Assembly (NCBI GenBank): GCA_965140585.1
Contig: OZ223267.1
Span: 1 to 64,000 of the forward strand
Direction of reading: 5' to 3'
DNA: 64,000 nt
From: Spirochaetia bacterium
GTDB taxonomy: Bacteria > Spirochaetota > Spirochaetia > UBA9216
This document shows positions 1 to 9,705 of this stretch, one piece after another. How positions within the stretch are numbered: position 1 is the stretch's first letter; every line of letters begins with the position of its first letter. The notes beneath the pieces were generated by a model. The model did not search any database, had not been told where the DNA came from, and saw only the letters and a list, made by a program, of their open reading frames with translations. The position numbers were made by a program, and so were the translations under genes.

Positions 1-293
1 AGGGGCTGAACATTTTTATTGTCTTTAAGGAATCTGTAAAAGCCCGGGGTTCTGCGGATTATCCAGTGAAGCTCACTGTCAATTTCATCACCGCAGTAGA
101 ATATATACCCCGGATACAGCGGTTTTAGATTCCTTCTGACGACTCCGCCCTTACGTTCGCTGAGCCGCCTTCGGGGCCAGATTATATCTCTGCACTTATC
201 CTCGGGATAGCCGGCATTTTTCATTTTCAGCTTTACAAGACGTATAAAATTATCCTCTTTACCTGTTCTTACCTGAACAGCGTAGTAATTCAT
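1..293 (-). CDS. NusG-paralogue antiterminator (LoaP/UpxY-like), N-terminal part; runs off the window edge
   Basis: Not in the ORF track. Manual translation from ATG 293: MNYYAVQVRTGKEDNF...IIWPRRRLSERKGG...KPLYPGYIF...TPGFYRFL, a NusG NGN domain (YAVQVxxGxE, PLYPGYIF). ATGA overlap with the wzz stop. Confidence 0.85.
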   Translation of the reverse strand, partial: MNYYAVQVRTGKEDNFIRLVKLKMKNAGYPEDKCRDIIWPRRRLSERKGGVVRRNLKPLYPGYIFYCGDEIDSELHWIIRRTPGFYRFLKDNKNVQP

Positions 294-1552
294 TTTTTCA
301 GTCTCAGGTTTTTCTTTATCTCTTTAAGCTTAACAGATTCAACCGGATCTGCTTTGACTCTGTCGAAGTATTCCATTATAAAAGCTGCAAAAATTGAGAG
401 AAACATTACTGCGATGGTGACGATCATGCAGATCTTGGAACGGCTGGGTCTTGCCTTCAGCTCGGGAACTTCTGCACGTTCGATTATCTGAAACTGTTTT
501 GAATTGTCGGCTTCTTCGAGCTTAACCGATTCAAGCTGACTTTTGATTGTCAGGTAGAGCTGGCTCTGAAGTTCCACATCGCTTTTAAGATTCAGATAGA
601 TTGCAGACAGTTCCGGCAGTTTATTCTGGGGAATATAGTCGGATGATGAGGAATAATCCTTGAAACCGGCAGTCTTGGCATTTATAAGTTCCCTGAGGTC
701 GCTGATTTCGTTTTCAAGTCGCTTCACCTGAGGATCCTCAGCCCTTCGTTTTTCCTGAAGGTTCTTAAGTTCAACTTCCTTCTGAATGAGGTTTGAGTTC
801 ATCTGTGTAAGCTCGGTAATCTGGGCTGCAGTCTGAGTTTCAATATCGACTATTCCGTAGGTTTTCTGAAAATCAATCAGCTTGTTCTGGGATTTAGTAA
901 GTTCAGCCTCCTGATCAGCAATGCGCTCTTCAAGAAATGCCTTTTTTGTAATGATATTTTCCATTGTAAGACCGCGGAACCTGTCTTCAAGAAGTTCGAG
1001 TGAACGGTTTACAACCCGTGTAGCGAATTCCCTGTCTGTATTCTCATAACCGATGGTCATGAAGCCCGTTGATGAATCAAAATCTGTTTTAAGGTTTTCT
1101 GTATACATTCTCCGGCTTGAAGATACTGGATTTTTTTCTATACCGAATAATTCTACGAAATTAAACTCTTCGGCAATCTGATCTGCTATGGTGTTGCCGA
1201 CAATGAGAGCCTGTGCCAGATCCGAGTTTGATGAGCCCCCGCTTGATCCTACAAGGCCGGATAGTATTCCAAGGTCGCTGCTGTTAAGAATGCTCTGAAT
1301 GCCCGATGAACTTAAAGAATCCTGGAGTCGAACGATAACTTCCGGTCTGAAGATATTGGGCAGCTTATTTAAGGGTGAATCTGCAGGAAGCACCAGTGAA
1401 AGAACTGAATAACCTGCAATAAAGACAGCGGCGGCGAAGGTGCTGAAAAAAATGAACTTCCACCTTTTTGCCAGTACTCCAATCAAATCCATCAGTGATA
1501 TTTCATCTTCTTCCTGTTCTGTTACTGTAGGCTGAATATTTTCGCTGGGCAT
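290..1552 (-). CDS. Polysaccharide chain-length determinant (Wzz/GumC-like, no kinase domain)
   Basis: N-terminal EDEISLMDL + TM, long coiled coil, C-terminal IIERAEVPELKARPSR + TM. Confidence 0.85.
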   Translation of the reverse strand: MPSENIQPTVTEQEEDEISLMDLIGVLAKRWKFIFFSTFAAAVFIAGYSVLSLVLPADSPLNKLPNIFRPEVIVRLQDSLSSSGIQSILNSSDLGILSGLVGSSGGSSNSDLAQALIVGNTIADQIAEEFNFVELFGIEKNPVSSSRRMYTENLKTDFDSSTGFMTIGYENTDREFATRVVNRSLELLEDRFRGLTMENIITKKAFLEERIADQEAELTKSQNKLIDFQKTYGIVDIETQTAAQITELTQMNSNLIQKEVELKNLQEKRRAEDPQVKRLENEISDLRELINAKTAGFKDYSSSSDYIPQNKLPELSAIYLNLKSDVELQSQLYLTIKSQLESVKLEEADNSKQFQIIERAEVPELKARPSRSKICMIVTIAVMFLSIFAAFIMEYFDRVKADPVESVKLKEIKKNLRLKK

Positions 1553-1565
1553 AGACTCTCCGGTT

Positions 1566-1609
1566 TTGAGTATGGGAACCTCTGAAAAATCAATTTCTCA
1601 GAGACTCAA
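1566..1609 (-). promoter_or_regulatory. Structured 5' leader (nested hairpin) of the wzz-NusG paralogue operon
   Basis: mRNA UUGAGU-CUCUGAGAAA-UUGA-UUUUUCAGAG-GUUCCCAU-ACUCAA. A candidate sigma70 promoter TTGAAG-N17-TAGTTT lies just upstream on the minus strand. Confidence 0.45.
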
Positions 1610-1680
1610 TTATTACATTGTAAACTATCACGATAATCGAATAGCTTCAAGATTGGACGTGCAATTCCGATAATCAGTGT

Positions 1681-2158
1681 ATGAAAACTGAAAATTATAT
1701 TTACTGCTATATTTCTGCTGACGACATTCGTTGTGAGCGCCGAGACAGTTATTCTTTGTATTGACGATAATAACCCGGCAATAGAGCGTGAAGACTGGCC
1801 CGTTACAGTTGCCAGATGCTTTGAAGACGGAATTATGGATGTCTTTTTTGAACAGGGGCATATAATTACCAATGTACTGCTTAATCAGCTGGATGAGAGC
1901 AAGACTGCAGATTTTGCAAAGGAATGCGGCGCCGGACTTGTTCTTCATGTCAGGGTTATCTATCCATCTGAAATAGGAGAAAATCTACCAATACCTGAAA
2001 GGGCGGAATACAGCCTCAGTGATGATAAGGGAAAGAATATACTGTCTACTGAAGAGCTATGGCTTGATGATCTGAACTCTGATATTGCAAAGGATATTCT
2101 TGATGTTTTTACACTTGCAGGAAAAATCATCGGCGAACATGCAGTTTCAGGTATCTGA
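1681..2158 (+). CDS. Exported hypothetical protein; ATG 1681 is one base out of frame with its signal peptide
   Basis: The track ORF starts at GTG 1733, but in-frame upstream codons from 1685 read KLKIIFTAIFLLTTFVVSA, a signal peptide. ATGAAAACTG has one extra A. Confidence 0.55.
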
Positions 2159-2218
2159 GGTGTAAATAAATATAAACATGCGTAGATTTTATTCCGATTA
2201 ATGGAACAGGAGTCTCTT

Positions 2219-4045
2219 ATGTCTGTAATTTTTAAAAAACTTACTGCAGTCACTTTGGCACTTATGATGCTTATTCTGATTCCAGTATTTAATATCTCAT
2301 CAGAATCAGTCTGGGAGGGAAGTGCTGCGCTGGGCCGATACGGGGAGTTCCCTAATTCAGGTCTTTACGGTGCATCAAATTCATTTCCTAAGAATTCTTT
2401 CGTTGAAGTTGAGAATATTGAAAATGGAAAAAGAGTCAGGGTAATAATTGTAGATCGTCTGGATAATTCGGGTCTGCTGATGCTTCTTTCTACAGAGGCG
2501 GGTGGTGAGCTCGGTATATACCGCAATGATATCTCCAGAATCAGGGTTAAAATGATTTCAGATAATAACGCGGAACGTTCTATATTGCATGATGATCTGG
2601 CCTATAATCCTGATCCGGACCTTAATCCTGCAGCCTCACTTACCGACCCGGAATCAATGGTTTACGGAAATTACAGTACAAAGTCAGAGCAAGTTCTGCA
2701 GCCTGAACCGGAACCGGAGCCTGAAGTTGAAGCCATTCCTGATCCGGAAACAGAAACTGTCCCTGATATTACTGAGCTCCCTGAAGTAAATGAGCCTGTT
2801 GAGGTTGCTGAAGCCGCTGAACCTGAGAATGCAATTACAAGAGCAGTTGATACTGAAGAAGCTCCTGACATTATTCCGCCTGTTGTCACGACTCTAACAG
2901 ATGATGATCGCGGTTATATACCGGAAGAACCGGAACTCAGACTCCTCTCCTCCGGACTTAGAGAAACAGCTCCTGTACAGGAATATGAGGCAAATTACCG
3001 AATTACAAATGTTCCCCAGAAAATTGAGACAGAAGATCCAGAAATTGAAACTCTGACAGAAGCAAGCGATTACTATTATCCCGCATCGGCAGATTCTGAG
3101 CTGAGCAGAGATCTTACAGACTTTCCTTCTATATATATCCCTGAACAGTTGATGGCTGTACTTGTGGGAGATTCGGAAATGGCGGAAGCTTATCCGATGG
3201 AACCGGCAGTGAGCAAAACATTTACACCTTCTCCCGGACTGCCTGAAAGAGAATCTGAAGGCCGGGTTCTGGTTGCGGAACTTTCAGAAGCCGCTCCGCT
3301 TACTGAGGATTACGGGAATATGAGTTATGATGCATTTCCGCAGCTGCCGGGAATGGCGGACAGGACGCCGGTAGAGGTTGCCGACGGATATATTGAACCT
3401 ATGAAAGAAGATTATTCCCCCGAACTCGCTGATTTACCGGATATCTCGGGAACTGTTGCTGAGATACCTTCCGCGGATGATATCGATTTCAGCGAGGCTC
3501 CTGATGAGATCGTTGAAGCTCCTGTAGATGAGACTCTTCCCGAGCCGGAAAAGATGCCGGAATACCGTGATGATGTAACGATAAGTATGGAGCCGGCGGA
3601 AGCCAGACCACCGGTTGCCGGGACTGTTGAAACAATGGAAGGTACTGAAACTGAAGTTGCTGAAACAGTACCAACTCCCGAGCCGGAACCGGAAAAGGTA
3701 ACTGTTGCTGAAGTTACGGCTGAACCGGAGGAAGCTGCTCCCGAGGCAGTGACACCCGCAGCGGTTCCGCCTTCTGTTAATCTTGAAAGAATCGTGATGG
3801 CTGCAGCCCTGGAACAGAGTTATCATTATCTTCAGATTGGCTCATTTCGTGAAAAGAGTTCTGCTGTCAGTGCGGCCGGAAAGCTGAATGAAGGTTATCC
3901 GCTAATCATACTGACTGATTCATCTGCCGGTGTAACAAGGTACAAACTTCTTGTCGGCCCGCTTTCAGCTGATGAGAGTGGCGCACTTCTTTACAATTTC
4001 CGTTCCGGAGGTTATGCTGATGCATTCGTAAGGAGATTGGATTAG
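2219..4045 (+). CDS. SPOR-domain cell-division/peptidoglycan-binding protein with RlpA-like N-terminal domain and long acidic linker
   Basis: Signal peptide, then GLYGASNSFPKNSFVEVENIENGKRVRVIIVDR (DPBB/RlpA-like), an E/P-rich linker, and C-terminal YLQIGSF...YKLLVGP...GYADAFV (SPOR). Start taken at ATG 2219 after RBS AGGAG. Confidence 0.8.
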   Translation: MSVIFKKLTAVTLALMMLILIPVFNISSESVWEGSAALGRYGEFPNSGLYGASNSFPKNSFVEVENIENGKRVRVIIVDRLDNSGLLMLLSTEAGGELGIYRNDISRIRVKMISDNNAERSILHDDLAYNPDPDLNPAASLTDPESMVYGNYSTKSEQVLQPEPEPEPEVEAIPDPETETVPDITELPEVNEPVEVAEAAEPENAITRAVDTEEAPDIIPPVVTTLTDDDRGYIPEEPELRLLSSGLRETAPVQEYEANYRITNVPQKIETEDPEIETLTEASDYYYPASADSELSRDLTDFPSIYIPEQLMAVLVGDSEMAEAYPMEPAVSKTFTPSPGLPERESEGRVLVAELSEAAPLTEDYGNMSYDAFPQLPGMADRTPVEVADGYIEPMKEDYSPELADLPDISGTVAEIPSADDIDFSEAPDEIVEAPVDETLPEPEKMPEYRDDVTISMEPAEARPPVAGTVETMEGTETEVAETVPTPEPEPEKVTVAEVTAEPEEAAPEAVTPAAVPPSVNLERIVMAAALEQSYHYLQIGSFREKSSAVSAAGKLNEGYPLIILTDSSAGVTRYKLLVGPLSADESGALLYNFRSGGYADAFVRRLD

Positions 4046-4051
4046 TACCTG

Positions 4052-6037
4052 ATGGAAAAAGATGAAGTATTAAAGGAGATTCGGAAACTTTCGGATCTCC
4101 TTCGTTTATATCAGCACGAATACTATGTGCTGGCCCGCCCTAGTGCCGCTGACAGTGAATATGACAGCCTGTTTGACCGCCTTCAGACACTTGAAAATGA
4201 ATATCCTGAACTTGCAGAACCTGATTCTCCTGTAAAAAGAGTCGGCTCGGATCTGGCTTCGGATCTTCCGGAAGTTGAGCACAGCATTCCTGTGCTTTCT
4301 CTTGATAAGGCATATTCTGTAGAGGATGTTGTGGCCTGGATGGAAAAAACATCAAAAAATGCCGGCGGAGACATAACTTTCTCAATAGAAGAAAAGATTG
4401 ACGGTATCTCGATAGTTCTTTACTACGTCGACGGCCGTTTGCAGAGAGCTGTTACAAGGGGCAACGGATATATCGGAAACGATGTCACCGCAAATGTGTC
4501 AACCATAGGTTCAGTGCCCCTGAGACTTCCCGAGCCGCTGAATGTTGCCGTTCGCGGAGAGATATACCTTCCGGTTTCAAAGTTTGAAGAGCTCAACGCC
4601 GGAATGGAAGTTCCATACGCAAATCCCAGAAATCTGGCTGCAGGAACTGTGAGACGGAAAAAAAGCTCGGAGGTTGCCAGAGTCCCTCTTGATATTTTTG
4701 TTTATGAGGGCTTTTTTGAAAACTTTTCGGGAAATCAGAAGGAAATATTTGAGAAACTTGCACAGCTGGGGTTTCGTATTAATCCGTCATCAAGATTTCT
4801 CGATTCCGTTGATGAACTAAGAGTGTATATTAAGGAAAGGACTGATATTCGGCCTTCTCTTCCATATGAAATTGACGGACTTGTGGTGAAGGTGAATGAA
4901 ATCTCTGCAAGGGAAGCTTTTGGATATACAGGCCATCATCCCCGCTGGGCAATCGCATACAAATTTGAATCCGCCGCCGGCATTACCATCCTCAAGGATA
5001 TCGATGTACAGGTCGGCCGGACAGGGCGTATAACTCCAGTAGGCAGGGTTGAACCTGTTTTGATTGGCGGCTCAACAGTTTCCAATGTCACTCTGCACAA
5101 TGAAGAATATATCAACATGCTTGAGCTTGCCCCGGGTGATACCGTTGCTGTTTCAAAACGCGGTGATGTAATACCGGCCGTTGAAAAAGTCGTGGAGAAG
5201 GGGGAGAACTCACTTGCCGTATGGCATTTCCCGTCAGACTGCCCAAGCTGCGGTTCCGCCCTCAGTAAAAAAGGCGCGCATCACTTCTGTACAAACCGTG
5301 ACTGTCCCGATCAGATCAGAGGCAGGATCTTCTTTTTCATCGGTAAGGGCCAGATGGACATTGAAAATTTCGGCCCTGAGACTGTAGATTTTTTGATTAA
5401 AAAAGGCCTCATCCACGATACTCCGGATATTTTTACCGCTGACTATGAAACCCTGGCCGATGAAAAAGGCTTTGGTGAAAAGAAGATTAAACTCATCCTG
5501 GACGGAATAAAGAAAAGTCTTAATAATTCCTTTGCGACGGTGCTTACATCTCTTGGTATTCCGGATCTGGGCCGGAAGGCTTCAGAGCTTCTTATTGAGG
5601 CAGGTTTTTATAAAATCGATGCGTTGATTGAAGCTGCAAAAGCAGGTAATTCAGAAGTCTTTACTTCTATTCACGGAATAGGCGAAAGAACTGCTGATGT
5701 TATCATAGATGCCCTAAGCGATCCCGCAATGCTTGAGCGGATTGAAGCTTTAAAAAAAGCTGGTCTGTGTTTTGAAGCGGATCCTTCCGATACCGCACCC
5801 TCAGAGGGCATTTTCTCCGGACAGAGCTGGTGTATTACCGGCAGTTTTGAGAATTACAAGCCAAGAGAAGCCGCTCTGGAAGAAATTAAAAAACGGGGCG
5901 GCAAAACCGTTAGTCAGGTGACGGGTAATACCACCCATCTGCTGTGCGGAGCAGGCGGCGGAAGTAAAAAGACAAAGGCCGAAAAACTCGGTGTTAAGAT
6001 AGTGAGTGAACAGGAATTTTTAACAATGCTTGATTAA
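4052..6037 (+). CDS. ligA: NAD-dependent DNA ligase
   Basis: EEKIDG adenylation motif, TRGNGYIG, NPRNLAAG, QVGRTG, C4 zinc finger, HhH, C-terminal BRCT. Confidence 0.98.
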   Translation: MEKDEVLKEIRKLSDLLRLYQHEYYVLARPSAADSEYDSLFDRLQTLENEYPELAEPDSPVKRVGSDLASDLPEVEHSIPVLSLDKAYSVEDVVAWMEKTSKNAGGDITFSIEEKIDGISIVLYYVDGRLQRAVTRGNGYIGNDVTANVSTIGSVPLRLPEPLNVAVRGEIYLPVSKFEELNAGMEVPYANPRNLAAGTVRRKKSSEVARVPLDIFVYEGFFENFSGNQKEIFEKLAQLGFRINPSSRFLDSVDELRVYIKERTDIRPSLPYEIDGLVVKVNEISAREAFGYTGHHPRWAIAYKFESAAGITILKDIDVQVGRTGRITPVGRVEPVLIGGSTVSNVTLHNEEYINMLELAPGDTVAVSKRGDVIPAVEKVVEKGENSLAVWHFPSDCPSCGSALSKKGAHHFCTNRDCPDQIRGRIFFFIGKGQMDIENFGPETVDFLIKKGLIHDTPDIFTADYETLADEKGFGEKKIKLILDGIKKSLNNSFATVLTSLGIPDLGRKASELLIEAGFYKIDALIEAAKAGNSEVFTSIHGIGERTADVIIDALSDPAMLERIEALKKAGLCFEADPSDTAPSEGIFSGQSWCITGSFENYKPREAALEEIKKRGGKTVSQVTGNTTHLLCGAGGGSKKTKAEKLGVKIVSEQEFLTMLD

Positions 6038-6047
6038 GGCAGGAAAT

Positions 6048-6803
6048 ATGAAAGCTGATGATCGCAGAACCGCAGATGAACTCAGGGGAAGGGGCTTTGG
6101 AGTAATACCTCCCGATCAGTATCTTATAGATATGGAGCCGGAGTTTAAAAAAATCTGGAAAAAGTCTGAGGCTTTCACCATGACCTCGGTGGAACGCGGT
6201 TATGCTCTGTATAATGCTGTAAGGTATATCATTTTAAATGACGTACAGGGAGACTTTGCCGAATGCGGTGTCTGGAAGGGCGGTTCCTGTATGATAGCGG
6301 CTATGACCCTGCTTGAGCTTGGAGTGAAAGACCGGAAGATTTATCTTTATGATACATTCAGCGGAATGCCCGAACCCTCCGAACATGATTTTATTGCTTC
6401 CAACGGCAGAAGCGTCAGGGAAAAATGGCTTGCCGACGACAGGGGCCGCGGTCCCGGATTCGGTCACTGGGCCGTCGGTGTTGAAGCAGTTCGGCAAAAC
6501 CTGGAGAAGACAGGCTATCCTGAAGATAATTTCATCTTTGTTGAGGGGCCTGTCGAAGAAATGCTTAATAAGATCGTTCCCGAATCCTTAAGTATTCTAA
6601 GGCTTGATACAGACTGGTATGAATCGACAAAGGCTGAACTTGAAATTCTGTATCCTGTTCTTTGCAGCAGGGGGGTTCTGATAATAGATGATTACGGTCA
6701 TTTTACGGGAGCCAGGACTGCTGTCGATGATTATTTCATAGGCCGGGATCCAATCCTTCTTAACCGAATCGATTATACAGGACGGATTGGCATTAAATGC
6801 TGA
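6048..6803 (+). CDS. TylF/MycF (macrocin-type) sugar O-methyltransferase
   Basis: GDFAECGVWKGGS, LYDTFSGMP, LRLDTDWYESTK, IIDDYGH motifs. ATG 6048 follows GGCAGGA. Confidence 0.9.
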   Translation: MKADDRRTADELRGRGFGVIPPDQYLIDMEPEFKKIWKKSEAFTMTSVERGYALYNAVRYIILNDVQGDFAECGVWKGGSCMIAAMTLLELGVKDRKIYLYDTFSGMPEPSEHDFIASNGRSVREKWLADDRGRGPGFGHWAVGVEAVRQNLEKTGYPEDNFIFVEGPVEEMLNKIVPESLSILRLDTDWYESTKAELEILYPVLCSRGVLIIDDYGHFTGARTAVDDYFIGRDPILLNRIDYTGRIGIKC

Positions 6804-6827
6804 GCATCATTCAGGACGTCAATAAAA

Positions 6828-8378
6828 TCAATTGAATAAATTAACAGAAATTCCTGTGCTGTAAACTGCTTCGGGTATTATATCCATAATGAAATGGAGC
6901 CCGGCCACAGCAGGCAGCCCCGGCAGGAAATATGAAAAATCTACAGCTGTGGAAACTGCACCGGCTGAAGTAAATTCCTCACCGAAACGGCCTGTTTCAA
7001 GCCTTCCTGAAAGCCCGGTAGACCAGTTTACTGCTTTCACAATTGCACCGGCTGATAATCCTGCATGAAACTTCTGCTCCTCCATATAGTTCCAATATAG
7101 TGAGGGGGCCAGAACGAATGAGAAGGGTAGTTTCTGTGTGCCGGTACTCAACTCAAGCGGCAGGTTAAATCCTATTCGGCAGTAGTCTGACTGAAGTTCT
7201 GCATCTGCTGAATTAGTGTATCCTCCAGATATTATGCCGTTTAAGCTGAACATTTCAATGAAGTCCGTAATTCTGAAGTTCAGAAGAGCAATGCCTGTTC
7301 CCGAAGGTTCCCGTTCCCCGGTTGAATTAATCAGTACAGATAAGCGGAAGGCAAGTTCAAGTCTTTCTATAACAGAATACCTTATATATGCTGGAATCTC
7401 GATATCAGGAGAAGAAAAATCAAGCAGACTTATTCCGCTTGACAGTTGAAAAACTCCGGTCGGAAGACATTCTGTCGCCGGGCAGCTGCTCAGCCCTGAA
7501 CCGGAAATACTGATTACCGCTGGAAAGTAGTAAATACTGCTGTCAATTTCAATTTCAACCTCTTCCGTGTCTGATTCTTTGCTGTCAGCTGAAACAACCT
7601 CAATTTTAATTGTATATAATCCGTCATCAAGAGTGTTGCCTTCATCATCACTCCCGTCCCAGATAAAATTATTATTTCTGCCTGAGAATTCTTCAAAATC
7701 AATGGTTTTTACAGTCCTTCCGGCTGAAATTATTTCTGCATAACCGGCGCCCTCAGACGTAACTGCAAAGTCAACTTTCATTGAGCCGAGAATCCCTGAA
7801 TTGTGCGGGTTGAATACTCTTTTATCCGTGCTTAATGAGGCCAGGCGGAAATCCGCTTTCTTCAGTACTGCATTCAAAATAACCGGTTCTTCTCCTGTAA
7901 TCAGAATCTGACTGTTGTAGTCTTCATAACCGAATTTTCTTATATGCACCGAGTACAGTCCGGCGGGAAGATTGTGCTCTCCGACGCCGTATTTACTGCC
8001 TGAAATAAATATATCAGCATCAGCGGGGCTTACCTCAATATCCACCATACCCTCAATCCGTTCAAGTTCAGCTTTTATTTCAATATGACTGTTGTTTCTG
8101 CAGTCAATCCAGAAGGATAAATCGGTATATCCGGCCTTTTTGATTTCAATCCTGTGCTGTCCCTGCGCAGGCAGCTGCTCATTGTAGGGGGTCCGTCCGC
8201 TGTAGTTTCCGTCTATGTAAACCTTTGACAAATCCGGTATTGAGGTTATTTTCAGGTATGCGGTTTCTCCTGATCCGGGAGAAAAACTGATGTTATCAAT
8301 GTTGAATGAAGCTTCGGCAAACAGATGAGATGAAAGAAATATCAGCAGGAGGAACGATAGCCTGAATCTTGAATACAT
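6828..8378 (-). CDS. PEGA-domain protein with FlgD-Ig-like domain and beta-strand-rich C-terminus (putative outer-membrane protein)
   Basis: Signal peptide; ITSIPDLSKVYIDGNYSGRTP...KKAGY and a second PEGA repeat; FIWDGSDDEGNTLDDGLY (FlgD-Ig). Start taken at ATG 8378. Confidence 0.75.
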   Translation of the reverse strand: MYSRFRLSFLLLIFLSSHLFAEASFNIDNISFSPGSGETAYLKITSIPDLSKVYIDGNYSGRTPYNEQLPAQGQHRIEIKKAGYTDLSFWIDCRNNSHIEIKAELERIEGMVDIEVSPADADIFISGSKYGVGEHNLPAGLYSVHIRKFGYEDYNSQILITGEEPVILNAVLKKADFRLASLSTDKRVFNPHNSGILGSMKVDFAVTSEGAGYAEIISAGRTVKTIDFEEFSGRNNNFIWDGSDDEGNTLDDGLYTIKIEVVSADSKESDTEEVEIEIDSSIYYFPAVISISGSGLSSCPATECLPTGVFQLSSGISLLDFSSPDIEIPAYIRYSVIERLELAFRLSVLINSTGEREPSGTGIALLNFRITDFIEMFSLNGIISGGYTNSADAELQSDYCRIGFNLPLELSTGTQKLPFSFVLAPSLYWNYMEEQKFHAGLSAGAIVKAVNWSTGLSGRLETGRFGEEFTSAGAVSTAVDFSYFLPGLPAVAGLHFIMDIIPEAVYSTGISVNLFN

Positions 8379-8464
8379 ATAAATAATGTACATCCAGGAA
8401 CTTTCAATTACAAGCGCTTTAATATCATTCTGAAATTTTCCGATAATATAAGCGGAGCGTAATC

Positions 8465-8995
8465 TTGAATAAAAAGCTATTTACAGCAGTTATTATATTA
8501 TTGTCGATTGCTATACCCTGTTTCTCTCAGGAAGTACTTCCTGGTGGCTACGAGGGAATTCTTCTGGGGATGAATCCTGATGAAGTTAAACTGAAACTCG
8601 GTGAGAGTCCGCAGTTTATGTACAGGGGCGAACCCGATGTATCGATGATGCCGGGAACCGCTGATCAGCTGATCGACTGTGATGGAAGCCTCTATATCGA
8701 TCGAGCCTTCTTTCAGTTCAGCGAAGGACGACTGTTTTCAATTCTACTGATGCTCGATCAGGAATATATTGATCACTACAGTGTCTTCTCAAAGTTTACT
8801 GAAAAATACGGTGACCCCGACTACCTAGATCCCCGGAAGATATACTGGGAAAACGATGATGTAATAGTCAGTATTGAAAGACCTCTTAATATAAAGTACC
8901 TTGATCGCGCTGCATTTGAAAAAATGCAGGAAGAGAGCGCCAGCGGTGAATCCGCCATGGAAATGGGCCGTGAATCATTTCTTGATAGTTTTTAG
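8465..8995 (+). CDS. Exported hypothetical protein
   Basis: TTG start after GCGGAG, signal peptide, 176-aa ORF. Confidence 0.7.
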   Translation: MNKKLFTAVIILLSIAIPCFSQEVLPGGYEGILLGMNPDEVKLKLGESPQFMYRGEPDVSMMPGTADQLIDCDGSLYIDRAFFQFSEGRLFSILLMLDQEYIDHYSVFSKFTEKYGDPDYLDPRKIYWENDDVIVSIERPLNIKYLDRAAFEKMQEESASGESAMEMGRESFLDSF

Positions 8996-9011
8996 CTGCT
9001 CCGGAGAGAAT

Positions 9012-9479
9012 ATGATTAACCTTAAAAAACTGATAATCCTTACAATTTTAACTGCGGCTGCAGCATTCGTTTTTGCATCCGGCAGGTCAGAAAAGCTTGA
9101 AACCGTAGAGATGCTTGTCGGCGGTAGGCTGGTGACAGTTGAAATTGCAGACAATGATGCCTCAAGGCAGCAGGGTCTGATGTATCGTGATTCAATGCCC
9201 GAGATGCACGGGATGATCTTTGTATTTGAAGCAGATCAGATGCTTTCTTTCTGGATGAAGAATACTAAAATCCCTCTCGCTATCGCATATATATCTTCGA
9301 ACGGGCAGATCAGGGAAATCCATGAAATGGAGCCGCTTTCTCAGAGAGCTGTTCAGTCCAGCCGATCCGTCAGGTATGCACTTGAAATGAACAGCGGATG
9401 GTTTGAACGTAACAGTGTATCGGTCGGTGATTTTATAGAGGTGAGCGTGCTCAACAGCGCTTCTATTCAGCCTCGTTAA
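9012..9479 (+). CDS. DUF192 family protein
   Basis: VEIADNDASRQQGLMYR, GMIFVF, FWMKNTKIPL, YALEMNSGWF. ATG 9012 follows GGAG. Confidence 0.9.
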   Translation: MINLKKLIILTILTAAAAFVFASGRSEKLETVEMLVGGRLVTVEIADNDASRQQGLMYRDSMPEMHGMIFVFEADQMLSFWMKNTKIPLAIAYISSNGQIREIHEMEPLSQRAVQSSRSVRYALEMNSGWFERNSVSVGDFIEVSVLNSASIQPR

Positions 9480-9705
9480 GTTCCGGAAACAGCTCAAGGT
9501 TCGGTTCGTCTTCTGCATCATCCTTTACAGGTTCATTAATCAGAATTTCGATTTTCCTCTCCACCTTTGAAAGATCTTTTTCAAGTCCCTTTGCCAGTTT
9601 TATACCCTCTTCGAAAAGCCTGAGCGACTCATCAAGACTTCCACCGCCTTTTATAGAGTCATTTATTTCTTCAAGTCTGTTAAGTCTTTCTTCAAAGTTC
9701 TTCAT
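9463..9705 (-). CDS. xseB: Exodeoxyribonuclease VII small subunit
   Basis: FEERLNRLEEI...LDESLRLFEEGIKL; coupled to xseA. Confidence 0.95.
   Translation of the reverse strand: MKNFEERLNRLEEINDSIKGGGSLDESLRLFEEGIKLAKGLEKDLSKVERKIEILINEPVKDDAEDEPNLELFPELNEAE

Noticed and set aside
2700-3760. CCGGAA/PEPEPE repeats in the SPOR protein
   Set aside because: Low-complexity linker coding sequence, not a DNA repeat element.
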